Assembly (NCBI GenBank): GCA_965240325.2
Contig: OZ251230.1
Span: forward strand, 2,046,001 to 2,110,000
Length of the DNA: 64,000 bases
Source of the DNA: Rebecca billardiae RCC1528
Taxonomy: Eukaryota > Protista > Haptophyta
Direction: 5' to 3'
Position numbers and translations under genes: made by a program. The notes beneath the pieces were generated by a model that saw only the letters and a program-made list of their open reading frames with translations, was not told where the DNA came from and made no database searches. Positions 42,676-52,880 of the stretch are shown in pieces (position 1 is the stretch's first letter; every line of letters begins with the position of its first letter).

Positions 42676-43289
42676 TCAGGGAGGCGTGCGCTCGTAGTCC
42701 CCGCTGCGGCCCCCGCTCTTCGCCTCCAGGCGGATGTCCGAGATCTCGATCTCCTTGGACGAGGCCTTGCACATGTCGTACAGCGTCAGGCCGGCGACAG
42801 AGACGGCCGTGAGCGCCTCCATCTCGACGCCCGTGGGCCCCCTCGCGCTCGCCGTCGCGCTGATCATCACGCTGTGCGCGGCTGCGTTGAGCGTGAGCTC
42901 GAGCTGCACGTTCGTGAGGGCGATGGGGTGGCACAGCGGGATGAGGTCGGCGGTGCGTTTGGCGCCCATCACGCCGGCGAGCTGGGCGACGGCGAGGGCG
43001 TCGCCCTTCTTCAGCTGGTTCTGCTCGAGCAGCTCGTAAGTGGCCTTGCCCAACTTGACCTGCGCGGATGCAACCGCGCGGCGCATGGCCGACCTGCGCC
43101 GCAGCACGTGCGTCACCGCCGTCAGCGCGGCCGGCGCTGAGTTGCGCAGGGCGAAGGCGCGCGCGCGTACTCGGGCTTGTCGGACACGTCGACCATCCGG
43201 GCTCTGCCGTCCTCGCCCACGTGTGTCAGCCTGGGCGGTTGCTTCATGATGGACATGGCGCGCCGGAAGACGCGCGATACGGCGGCCAT
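42676..43289 (-). CDS. moaC: Cyclic pyranopterin monophosphate synthase (molybdenum cofactor biosynthesis protein C), 2 exons, about 178 aa
   Basis: Exon 1 43289-43171 (MAAVSRVFRRAMS..., presequence-like; LTHVGEDGRARMVDVSDK). Intron 43170-43094 (GTACGC...GCTGAC...GCAG). Exon 2 43093-42676 with KKGDALAVAQLAGVMGAKRTADLIPLCHP, TGVEMEALTAVS, LTLYDMCKA and KSGG. Confidence 0.95.
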
Positions 43290-43446
43290 TGCTGGCACCG
43301 GCAAGGGTGGTCGCAAGTTCGCACCGGCCACCTTTCCTCATCCGGACCAGTTGTCCGGACAGTCATTCGTCAATTCACCGCGCGCCGTGGCGCCGACCGC
43401 CGTCGCGCCCCGTTCGTTGTGCCTTTGGCCGAACGGCGACGACGAC

Positions 43447-45789
43447 ATGGCGCCACCCATGTGCGCCTGCCCGGCGCTGGCGCTCGCGCTGCTGGCGGTC
43501 TGCGGCATGCTCGAACCGGTCGGCGCGTTCGCATGGACCCCTCGCCACGCCACCGCCGCCACGCGCCGCCTCTCTGCGCCCCGGCGGTGCGAGGCGAGCG
43601 CGCCGTCCTACCGGCCTGGGAGCATTGCCGAGGCGACGGCCAAGTCGGGCAAGGTGCCGTACGGCGAGTCGAGCCGGCCGTACCGGCGCACGGTGTACCG
43701 GCACGACGACTGGCTCAAGCACCGCGCGGAGGACCGGCTGCTGCGCAACCTCAGGGGCACGCTCACGTCCGGCGTGGTGCGCTCGCTGCGCAGCGCGCTC
43801 GGCTCAGTGATGGCGGTCGCGATCGGCACGCTGGTGTGGAACGCGGTGCTGTTCGGCTGGGACGACCTGGCGAACGTGCGGCACGGCGGGCTCTTCGGCG
43901 TCGTGCCGGACCTCCTCCGCGCCGAGCTGCCCATCTCCCTCTTCACCCTCTCCTCGCCCGCGCTCGGGCTGTTGCTGGTGTTCCGCACCAACACGTCGTA
44001 CGGCCGCTGGCTGGAGGCGCGGCAGATGTGGGGCCGGATCGTGTCGCACTGCCGCAACATCGTGCGGCAGTCGGCGCTGTGGGTCGACGAGGACGACCCG
44101 CGCGCGCGCGAGAGCCTCGACGAGCTCTGCGCGTGCGCCTGGGCCTTCCCGCGCGCGCTGTGGGCGCACCTGAGCTCGCCGGCCGAAGCCGAGCCGCGCT
44201 TCGAGGCCGATGTGCGCGCGGGGCTCGGCGAGGAGGCGGCGGCGTCGGTGCTCGAGGCGCGGCACCGGCCGCTGCGCGCGCTCGCGCTGCTCTCCGCCGC
44301 GATGGACCGCCTCCCCATCGACGAGAAGAAGCGCGTCGAGATGGACAAGTCGGTGATCCTGCTGGGCGACGCGTGCGAGACGTGCGAGCGCATCTACTCG
44401 GCGCCCGTGCCCCTCGTATACACGCGGCACACGGCGAGGTTCCTGTCGGTGTGGCTGCTGCTGCTGCCGCTCGGGCTGTGGGAGCCGTTCGCCGCGTCGT
44501 GGAACCACCTGGCCATCCTGCCCGCCGCGCTCGTCGTCGCCCTCTTCCTCTTCGGCATCGAGGAGCTCGCGGTGCAGCTCGAAGAGCCTTTTTCGATCCT
44601 TCCGCTCGAGCAGATCTGCGCGGAGCTCAAGGAGGCCTCGCACGAGATCGTGGAGGGGGTGGGCAAGGCGAGGGCGAGGCGGGCGAGGCCGCCGCCCAGG
44701 GCGCCGCCGCCGACGGGCGCGCGGGGCGGAGGCCCCTCCGGCGTGCGCATGTGCCTCGGCGCCGCCGCCGAGCTGGGCGCGCAGGCGGCGGCGGCGGCGG
44801 CCGCCGCCGCCGCCGCCGCCGCAACCGCCGCCGCGTCCGCCGAGCCCGCGGGCGCGGCCTCCGCGCTCGCGGCCGCACCCGGCCTCCTCGCCGGCGCGGC
44901 CGCGTCGGTGCTCTCGCCCATCGAGCGCGAGGAGCGCTACGCCCTCGCGGGCGGGCTCTGCGCCGCCGTCTCCCACGCGGTCGCCACGCCGGTCGACGTG
45001 GTGAAGACGCGGCAGCAGACAGTGCCGTCGTACGGCGGCACCTCGCTGCTGCAGGGGCTGGCGCGCGTGGTGCGCGAGGAGGGGCGCGGCGCGCTGCTCA
45101 CGGGGTTCGGGCCGACGGTGCTCGGGTACGGCGCGGAGGGCGCGCTCAAGTTCGGCGCGTACGAGGGGCTCAAGCCCGTCGCCACGTCCGCGCTCGCCGC
45201 CGCCGGGCTGGGCGCCGAGCAGAGCGGCGCGCTCGGCCCGGTGGCGGCGGGCATCGTCGCGGGCGGGCTCGCCTCGCTGCTGCTCGCGCCCGCGGAGGCG
45301 ACGCGGATCCGGATGGTGAGCGACCCGCAGTACGCGCGCCTCGGGCTCGGCCGCGCCGCGTCGCGGCTGTACGAGGCCGAGGGCTCGGCCGGGCTGCTCC
45401 GCGGCGTGCCCGCCACCTGCTCCAAGCAGCTGCCGTACACGGCGACCAAGCAGGTCACCTTTGACCTGCTCGTGAGGGCGGCGGCGGCGGCGCAGCCGGC
45501 GCTCGCGCCGCAGTGGGCGACGACGGCGGGGGCGGCCGCGTCCGCCGCGGTGCTCTCGACGCTCGCCTCGCAGCCCGGCGACGCCGTCCTCTCCGAGGTG
45601 AACCGCGGCGCAGCCGGCGGCGCTGACGACGCGGACGGCGCCGACCTCGGCGTGCTCGCCATCTCGGCGCGGCTCGGCGCGGCCGGGCTGGCGCGCGGCC
45701 TCGGCGCGCGGCTCGTGCACGTCGGCGTGATCGTCACGCTGCAGCTCATCCTGTACGACTCGCTCAAGCATGCGTTCGGCGTGCCGTGA
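43447..45789 (+). CDS. Plastid-type bestrophin (VCCN/BST-like, UPF0187) fused to a mitochondrial phosphate-carrier-like SLC25 domain, 780 aa
   Basis: Signal peptide plus GAF motif. Bestrophin motifs W..HR...R, LLLVFRTNTSYGRW.EAR..WG, CERIY..PVPLVYTRHTARFL and GIEELAVQLEEPF. After an Ala/Pro linker come carrier motifs TPVDVVKTRQQ, GYGAEGALKFGAYE, APAEATRIRMV, KQLPYT and SQPGDAVLS. There is no stop between the domains. Confidence 0.85.
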   Translation: MAPPMCACPALALALLAVCGMLEPVGAFAWTPRHATAATRRLSAPRRCEASAPSYRPGSIAEATAKSGKVPYGESSRPYRRTVYRHDDWLKHRAEDRLLRNLRGTLTSGVVRSLRSALGSVMAVAIGTLVWNAVLFGWDDLANVRHGGLFGVVPDLLRAELPISLFTLSSPALGLLLVFRTNTSYGRWLEARQMWGRIVSHCRNIVRQSALWVDEDDPRARESLDELCACAWAFPRALWAHLSSPAEAEPRFEADVRAGLGEEAAASVLEARHRPLRALALLSAAMDRLPIDEKKRVEMDKSVILLGDACETCERIYSAPVPLVYTRHTARFLSVWLLLLPLGLWEPFAASWNHLAILPAALVVALFLFGIEELAVQLEEPFSILPLEQICAELKEASHEIVEGVGKARARRARPPPRAPPPTGARGGGPSGVRMCLGAAAELGAQAAAAAAAAAAAAATAAASAEPAGAASALAAAPGLLAGAAASVLSPIEREERYALAGGLCAAVSHAVATPVDVVKTRQQTVPSYGGTSLLQGLARVVREEGRGALLTGFGPTVLGYGAEGALKFGAYEGLKPVATSALAAAGLGAEQSGALGPVAAGIVAGGLASLLLAPAEATRIRMVSDPQYARLGLGRAASRLYEAEGSAGLLRGVPATCSKQLPYTATKQVTFDLLVRAAAAAQPALAPQWATTAGAAASAAVLSTLASQPGDAVLSEVNRGAAGGADDADGADLGVLAISARLGAAGLARGLGARLVHVGVIVTLQLILYDSLKHAFGVP

Positions 45790-46770
45790 CTCCGCCCGCT
45801 GGCGATGCGGAATTGCCGGAGTCCTGCGGAGTCCTGTGATAGTCTGATAGATCACTGCTTGCTGATCAGCAGGCTGCGCGGGCCGTTGTTGCGACGTAGT
45901 CGACTGCTATATATACGTCACTCAGTACTCACTCACTGCATGCGCAAGACGCGCTGCTGAGTGCGCTGCTGAGTCGAGGTCGTCGCAGTGTATCGCGACA
46001 ATGAGTATTGATGGCAATAATACTCGTCGATCATACTCATACTCGTCGTCGTCAGTATGATGATACGTACATAATGCTTATGTCTATATGACCGCCGCCT
46101 GTCTTATGCTGGGCCAATATAAGTGCGGCGCATGCGCGCCAGCGCATATCATGCATCATCACTGCTACTCTAATCATGCATCACAGCGCGGACTCGACTG
46201 ACGCAGCCTACCGTTGCGTGCTGCCGGCGCGTCCGCGGCGACTGACTAGCGTATAGTAGTAGCGCGCAGGCACGGCGCTGCCTGTCTGCGTACGACCGTA
46301 CAGCAGCTGCCTGCAGCTGGCACCCGCGTGACACGGTCCGGTACGGACAGCACCATACCGTGTAAGTAACAGTGACCGACGACGTACGCTACTCGCTACT
46401 GTCGCTACTCGCTACGCTAGTAGCGTGCGCTGATGACCGACTAGTAGCAGACGACACTAGCCGCCGTCACGGACAGTCTGAGAGTGCGTCAGTGCCGCCG
46501 CGCCGCTTGTATACTGTTACTGTACTGTAGTACTAATCAATACGTAGTATACGAGTATTATTAGTCCTGCGTGACTGTAGTCGGACAGTCAGACACAGTC
46601 TGTCGCTGCTAAGCCATCAGGCATACACTTCTCGGCCCAGCGCGCAAGCATATGATGCGCTGCGCATGATTGATTGATTCACAGATATGACTGCTCTGTC
46701 TGCTGCTTATATATATATATATATATATTGTAGTTACGACAGTATATATTTATTAACGACGTGGCAGCAT

Positions 46771-46900
46771 CGGACAAGCGTCAGGCTCAGAGTGCAACAG
46801 ACACATAGAATGCGTCCGCGCCTTCGTCCGTCCAGGTCAGACAGTGCGCCACCCGCAGCCCTGCCCCCCTACGGGAGCGGGGCCGGGATGGAGCACCGCC
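46771..46900 (+). repeat. Dispersed repeat family 2, copy B
   Basis: Colinear similarity to 18421-18597. Confidence 0.8.
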
Positions 46901-47294
46901 TCGGCCTGGGGCACGCGGCGGCGACGGCAGATGCCGCCGCGGCCGAGCGCCTTCCGGAGCACTTGGATGAGGGTGAGGTCGTAGTCGATGTCGCCGCCCG
47001 CCGACCTAGCGGCGAGCAGCTCCGGCAAGCGGCAGCCGCGGCTGTCGCCCCCGTGCGCCCGCGTGGGCGCCTGGATGAGGATGAGGTCGTAGTACGCGTC
47101 GCCGCGCGCCGGCCAAGCGGCGCGCAGCTGCAGAAGAGGGGCTTGGAGAGTGAGCGCGCCGCCTAGCGCGCTCTGGGACAGTATATATAGTAGTAGTTGC
47201 AGCATGTCGTGTTGATGATTGTCGTCGTATTCTAGTAGCAGTTTCTACGCCATCGCAATCTACGCGCCTGCGCGCATCAGCCCTCGTGACGTCG

Positions 47295-50200
47295 TCACGA
47301 CAGGCGCGCGAGCAGCTCGAGCGCCGCGGTGGCGGCCGACTCCGCCTCGGCGTGCAGCACGTCGAGGCTGAGCATCGGCCAGTGCGCCATGTCCACCCAC
47401 ATCGGATTGGGCGCGCCCGCCTCCAGCGCGTCGGCGCTCGGCCGGAGCTGCACCGCAAACGTGTTGAGCCCGCCGCGCGCGCGCTGCGTGCCCGCGGGCG
47501 CGGCGCGGCTCGCGTACAGCACAAGCGCGCGCCCGACGCGCTCGGGCCTGAGCCAGCCGAGCAGCAGGTCGAGCTCGGCCCTGCCGAGGGCGCGAGCGCA
47601 GCTGCCGCTCGCGCGCAGCCCGAAGCCGCCGCCGCCGCCCGCGTCCGCGCCGGCCGTCGCGCTCAGCTCGATGGGCCCGCGCGCGCGCGCGAGGCCGCAG
47701 AGCCTTGCCGCCTGCGCGCGCGCGAGGCCGAGCAGCGCCCAGCACACGGAGGCGTCGTACCCCTTGGCGTACGCGCTGGTGGAGCCATCGTCCACGCGCA
47801 CCTCCGCGGAGACGCACAGCGCGGCGAGGGCCGCGCCCTTCTCCTCGCAGCCGCGCGAGCACGCCTCGGCGCAGAGGTGCGCGCCGCAGCTGGCGCACAG
47901 CCACTGCACGCTCAGGTAGCGCGCCTCGCACACGTACGCGCGCACGCGGCTCACCTCGGACGCGCGCGGCGGCGGCGGCAGCGCCGGGCCGCCCGCCGCC
48001 GCGCGCGCGCCGCGCTCCGCGCCGTCGGCGCGCGCGGCGCTCAGCTCGGCCAGCAGCCGCGCGCGCCGCGCGCGCAGCGCGCTCGCGAGCGCGTGCGTGC
48101 CGAGGGCGAGCACCTCGACGTGCGTGCTGCCGATCAGCCGGTGCCGCGCGCGCGGCGGCGCGCCGGCCGCGCCGCCGTCCGCGCCCATCCCAGCAGCCGC
48201 GCCCGCGTCCGCGCCGCCGCCCACCGAGCGCTGCACGCCGTGCAGCGCGACCAGCGCGTGCGGCGGCACGTACGACGCGGCGCCGACGCCCGCCGCGGAG
48301 CCCCACAGCGGGAGGGCGGCCCCGCCGCCCTCGTCCACGGCGCACATGCACAGCGAGAGGCCGCGCGCGCCCGCGGGCGCGCCGCCGTCGCGCTTGAGCT
48401 GCCGCGCGAGCGTGGCGCACAGCACGGAGGTCGGGCCGGCGGGCGGCGCGCGGCCCTGCTCGGAGGGCTCGGCCGCGCCGCCGTCGGCCGCGCCGCCCGG
48501 CGCGCCGAGCGGCGCTGCGAGCGCGCGCACGCTGCACACGCGCACGCGGCGCAGCGCCGCGGCCGGGAGCTCGGCGCGCGCGTCCGCCTCCGCCTCTCGC
48601 GCGAGCACGCGGAACTCGGATGCCTCCGCCCGCGCACTCCACCGCGCGCCGCCGCCGCCGCCGCCGCCGGCAGCGCGCGGCGCGCACAGCGCTACGCCTG
48701 CGAGCAGCAGTGTGCTGCCTGGCTGCAGCAGTGCCCACCAGCTTGCGGCCGCGCCGCCGAGGGCGAGCGTGGCCTCCACCCAGCGCGAGGCGCCGCCAGC
48801 CGCCTCGCCGCCCGCCGTGTCGAACAGAGCGCTCACGCTCACGACCACGCCACCGCCGCCGCCACCGCCGCCGCCGCCGCCACCGCCGCCGCCGCTCCCG
48901 GCCCAAGCTGTCGGCCGCGCGCCGCCCGCCGCGGGCTCGGCCGGCTCGGCCGCGTCGGCGGGCGCGCCCACGTCCGCGGCGCGCGGCGCGCGGCGCGGCG
49001 CGCGCGGCTGCGGCGGCTGCCACTCCTTGGCCAGAATCAGCGCGCGCACGGGGCGCGCGCCGGGAGCGGCCGCCGCGCCCGGCCGCGCGCCGCGCGCTCG
49101 CTCGCCCAGCGGCACGCCGACGGCCGCCGAGCGCGGCGCCTCCGCCAAGCGCGGCGCCGCGCCCGGCTGCCGCGCGCGCTTGGGCGCGGGCGGGGCGGGC
49201 GGCGCGGGCATCTCGCAGAGTAGCAGAGGCCCGGCGCAGTCGACGGCGACGTGGAACCCGCGCCACATCCACAGCCGCCCGCCGTCGAGCACGTCCGCGC
49301 GCTCGGCGCCCGCCGCGGCCGCGGCCGCGCCGCCGCCGGCCCGCGGCTCCGCGGCGCGCGCCGCCGCCGCGCTCGGCTCGAGCAGCGCCGCCGCGCGCGC
49401 ACCGCCGCAGAGGAGCACGCGCGCGCGCGCGGTGTGGTCGCACAGCATCAGGTAGCGCACGTCCTCGCCCTCGCCCTCCGCGCCGCCGCCGCCGCCCGGC
49501 GCGGCCGACGGCCTCGGCAGCCCGACCCGTGCCACGAGCGCGTGCGGCGGCGGCAGCGCGACGCGCACGGGCCTGCCGGAGGAGGCGGCGTGCACGCGCG
49601 CCTCGCGCACGGCGGCGTGCTCGAGGACGTCGCGCAGGGGCAGCGCGCGCACGGCCGGCGGCTGCGCCGCGCCGAGCACCGCGCAACACGAGGCGGAGTG
49701 CTCGAGGAAGGAGCGCACGGGGTCGCGCGCCGCGCGCGCGGGCGCCCACGCGCTCAGCACCGCGCAGAGTGCGGCCGCGCACGGCGGGCGCGCGGCGAGC
49801 GGCGGCGGCGGCGGCGGTGGCTCCGCGCCCGGCGGCGGCTCGGCGGGCGCGCGGGCGCGTGCGCTGGGCGCGCCCTCGCCGAACAGATGCTCGCTCCACG
49901 CCGCCGCCTCCTGCAGCAGTGACCACACCGCCGCCACGGGCAGTGTCGCCCACGCGCGCGCGCTCGGCGCGCGCGCGCTGCGCAGCGCGCCGCCGCTCTC
50001 GGCCGCGCTGAGCACGGGCGGCGAGGCGGGCGGCGGCGCGAGGCGGACGAGCTCGATGCTGGACGCCACGCAGCACCCGAGCGCGCCGAGCGCGCCCGTG
50101 CGCTCATCCCTCAGCGCGTGCGCGTTGTGCACGCGCACGCGCGCGCCCGGCCGGAGCGCGCGCGGCACGCACGCCGCCGGCAGCGCGCCGAGCAGCAGCA

Positions 50201-51560
50201 GCAGCGCGCCGTCGAGCACCGCGCACCAGGGCAGCGCGTCGAGCACGGCGGTGATCTCGCCCTCGTAGCTCACCAGCGGGCGCGGCTCGTCGCCCGGCGC
50301 GGCCCCCGCCCGCCCGGCGCTCGCCCTGGTCGGCACGTGCGCGCGCTGAGCGGCCGCGGGCGGCCGCGGCCGCGGCCGCGGCCGCGGCTGCGGCTGCGGC
50401 AGCGGCTGCGGCTGCGGCTCGCAGCAGCTCGGCGGCGCGGGCGTGGGCGGGCGCGACGCACGCTGCGCCTCCGCGCCCGCGGAGGGCGACACGCTCGACT
50501 CGCTCGGCCCGGCCTCGTCCAGCTCGATCCACGTGCGCCTCGCCGCCGTGTCCATGGTGGCGAGCATGAAGCGCGCCAGGCCGGGCGCGTGCGCAAACGC
50601 GCGCGTCTGCTCGAGGTGGGCGACGCGCACGCGCCGCCCGACGAGCGCGCGCGCGTACGGCCAGAGCGCGAGGGCGCGCGCGCCGCTCGCGGCGCAGATC
50701 GTCGAGACCCGCGCGCGCCCGCCGCCGCCCTCCGCCTCCTCGCACCCGTCCAGCAGCTCGAAGTAGAAGCAGCAGCGCGAGGCCGCGCCGGCGGCGGGCG
50801 CGGCGGGCGCGGCGGCGGGCGCGGCGGCGGGCGCGGCGGGTGCGGCGTGGTGGGCGCCGGGCGTCGGGCCCTCACCGGGCGCGGCGCGGTCGGCGCGCCC
50901 CCGCGCCTGCGTCGCGCGCGCCTCCGCGCCGAGCGGCGCGTGCAGCGGCGTCACCGCGCCGAGCGTCGCGCTGAGGTGCACGACCTGTCGCAGGCTCGGC
51001 TGGAGCACGGCTGCGGCCGCGCGCAGTGGCAGCCACTTGTGCGCGCCGACGGGCGTGGCGCTCGGGCTCGGCGGCGGGCGGGCGAGCACGACGGCGCGCT
51101 CCGCCTCGATCCAGCACGCGCCGCCGCGCGAGCCCGCGCCGCGCTCGCGCACGACGGCCCATTCGTCGAGCAGCAGCAGGCAGCCCTCGGCGCTCGGCTC
51201 CAAGGACAGCAGGCACAGCTCGACGGGCGGTGCGCCGGGCTGCACGAGGGAGAGGACGCCGGGGGGGAGCGCGGAGGCCTCTGACAGGCTGCTCGCCGCG
51301 CGCAGGGTGCCCACGAGCAGCGGCTCGCCGTGCTCGACCGCGCGCGTGATGCTCCCGCGCGTCGGCGCGGCCACAGCCGGCGTGCCCGGCGCTGACCACG
51401 CGCTCAGCCGGGCGAGCGAGAGGTGGCGAGGGCCGGGGTGTGCGGATGCGCGCGTGCGCGCTCGATCGAGCGCGCTCGCGAGCGCCGCGGACACTGAGGC
51501 AAGGTCGTGCTCCGGCAGCGCGATCGCCCGCACCTCCTCGACGGGCAGGCCGCCCGCCAT
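47295..51560 (-). CDS. CTC1: CST complex subunit CTC1-like protein (multi-OB-fold telomere maintenance), about 1,421 aa
   Basis: PLLVGTL, LVSYEGEITAVLD....VLDG, ALRPGARVRVHNAH, LGCCVASSI, DPVRSFLEH...C, LMLCDHTA, a C-terminal CxxC..C...C Zn ribbon and VRVDDGS follow the CTC1 motif order. ATG at 51560. Confidence 0.75.
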   Translation of the reverse strand: MAGGLPVEEVRAIALPEHDLASVSAALASALDRARTRASAHPGPRHLSLARLSAWSAPGTPAVAAPTRGSITRAVEHGEPLLVGTLRAASSLSEASALPPGVLSLVQPGAPPVELCLLSLEPSAEGCLLLLDEWAVVRERGAGSRGGACWIEAERAVVLARPPPSPSATPVGAHKWLPLRAAAAVLQPSLRQVVHLSATLGAVTPLHAPLGAEARATQARGRADRAAPGEGPTPGAHHAAPAAPAAAPAAAPAAPAAGAASRCCFYFELLDGCEEAEGGGGRARVSTICAASGARALALWPYARALVGRRVRVAHLEQTRAFAHAPGLARFMLATMDTAARRTWIELDEAGPSESSVSPSAGAEAQRASRPPTPAPPSCCEPQPQPLPQPQPRPRPRPRPPAAAQRAHVPTRASAGRAGAAPGDEPRPLVSYEGEITAVLDALPWCAVLDGALLLLLGALPAACVPRALRPGARVRVHNAHALRDERTGALGALGCCVASSIELVRLAPPPASPPVLSAAESGGALRSARAPSARAWATLPVAAVWSLLQEAAAWSEHLFGEGAPSARARAPAEPPPGAEPPPPPPPLAARPPCAAALCAVLSAWAPARAARDPVRSFLEHSASCCAVLGAAQPPAVRALPLRDVLEHAAVREARVHAASSGRPVRVALPPPHALVARVGLPRPSAAPGGGGGAEGEGEDVRYLMLCDHTARARVLLCGGARAAALLEPSAAAARAAEPRAGGGAAAAAAGAERADVLDGGRLWMWRGFHVAVDCAGPLLLCEMPAPPAPPAPKRARQPGAAPRLAEAPRSAAVGVPLGERARGARPGAAAAPGARPVRALILAKEWQPPQPRAPRRAPRAADVGAPADAAEPAEPAAGGARPTAWAGSGGGGGGGGGGGGGGGVVVSVSALFDTAGGEAAGGASRWVEATLALGGAAASWWALLQPGSTLLLAGVALCAPRAAGGGGGGGARWSARAEASEFRVLAREAEADARAELPAAALRRVRVCSVRALAAPLGAPGGAADGGAAEPSEQGRAPPAGPTSVLCATLARQLKRDGGAPAGARGLSLCMCAVDEGGGAALPLWGSAAGVGAASYVPPHALVALHGVQRSVGGGADAGAAAGMGADGGAAGAPPRARHRLIGSTHVEVLALGTHALASALRARRARLLAELSAARADGAERGARAAAGGPALPPPPRASEVSRVRAYVCEARYLSVQWLCASCGAHLCAEACSRGCEEKGAALAALCVSAEVRVDDGSTSAYAKGYDASVCWALLGLARAQAARLCGLARARGPIELSATAGADAGGGGGFGLRASGSCARALGRAELDLLLGWLRPERVGRALVLYASRAAPAGTQRARGGLNTFAVQLRPSADALEAGAPNPMWVDMAHWPMLSLDVLHAEAESAATAALELLARLS

Positions 51561-51758
51561 TTCCGCGTTTGAGCCGGGCGAGGAGCGCGCGGTACAGCTC
51601 CGGACTCCGCTCGAGCCGAGCTCTCGATCCGGATAGATGGCTCGGTCAGTCCGGACGGGCAAATTCGATCCGGCCGATCGCGCTCGCCATCATTTCTCTC
51701 GGCCGCAACCTCGCGGGCAGCTGGAGAGGCGCACCACCCCCGAGCTCTCGCCCTTGAA

Positions 51759-52219
51759 ATGGAGGTGAAGCTCGAGACCGCGCCCGTGGACAAGCGGTTC
51801 ACGAACACTAACCAGGCGCGGCACTGCTACGCGTAAGTGCAGCCTCGCGCTCTCGCCCAGCGCTCCGCCCCGCGCGTGACGCTCACCCTCTGCCGGCGCG
51901 GGCCCGGTCGCGGCACCGGCACCCATCGGCCCGCGCAGTTACTACAACGCGTTCTACCAGTGCAAGTACGAGAACGACGACGACGAGTCGGCCTGCTTCG
52001 AGCTCAAGCGGCGCTACCACTCGCTCTGCCCTACCAAGTGGGTGAGTGCTGCTCAGCACGGCCGCGCTCGCACGACCGCACCCGTGCCCGCTCGCCCCGC
52101 TCACCGTGCTCCGCCCTCCGGATGTCGCGTGCGCGCAGGTGGAGTCATGGGATGAGCAGCGCGAAGCGGGCTCGTATGCCGGGCCCGTGCCGGGCGAGGG
52201 GCCGATTCGCAAGCACTAA
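51759..52219 (+). CDS. COX6B: Cytochrome c oxidase subunit 6B (COX12), 3 exons, 85 aa
   Basis: Exons 51759-51832, 51939-52041 and 52139-52219 with GTAAGT/GTGAGT donors and GCAG acceptors. Product MEVKLETAPVDKRFTNTNQARHCYAYYNAFYQC...C...Y.SLCPTKWVESWDEQREAG..., with the TAP.D.RF..TNQ and Cx9C/Cx10C pattern. Confidence 0.95.
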
Positions 52220-52880
52220 GCCATGCGCGCGCCCAGCAGCGCGGCGATCTGGCGCTACGAGCGCGAGTGGGAGCGGCGCAGGGGGGTCTGCGCGCTGCTT
52301 AGCTCCAGGCGGCGCAGCCCGCCTTGCTAGACGACGGCCGCATTTGCTCCGACGAGATCGCCGCGGAGTGCTCCAGGACGACTCCGACTTGAGTGGAGTG
52401 ACTGACTGATCAGACCGCAGCGGACTGCGGGTGCGGGCACGGGCCGAGTCGGATTCTGCCGTCCGCGGTCGCGGACGTCGCGGTCCCGCTGGAGGCGCTG
52501 GACCGGCGCATTGACGACGACGACGATAATGCCACGCGCCCCTGTACTCAGCTCGCGGAATACGCCTGTCGATGTTACCAGTACTAGCTTAGTAGCTATA
52601 GGCCGCCCTCGATACACACATTTGTCATCCGGATCCGCCGCGTGCCGGGCCCGTGGCCCGCGGCGGCCGCATTATCAGCCGCAGCCCGCGGCCGCGGCCG
52701 CAGGGCCGCGTCGGGCCGTCGGGGCCGTCTGCCGGCCGCCGGGCCCCTCCGGCCTCACTGCCACAACACGCGCAGCAGCTAGCGCCTACTCGATCTGGTA
52801 ACCCTTTCGAGCCTCGAGTCTCGTCGCCGCCGTCTGGCTGCCCGCGACGGGGGAGCATCCTGCGGAGGGCCGCCGCGCGG

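Noticed and set aside
46900-47166. Short ORF with an internal duplication of about 110 bp (YYDLILIQ / DYDLTLIQ on the minus strand)
   Set aside because: It is attached to dispersed repeat family 2 and flanked by TA runs. With no credible start or domain, it is treated as decayed repeat sequence.
43068-50076. Long Arg-rich overlapping ORFs (43068-45464, 43804-45855, 47260-50076)
   Set aside because: They are off-frame or antisense reads of GC3-rich real genes and contain no domain motifs.
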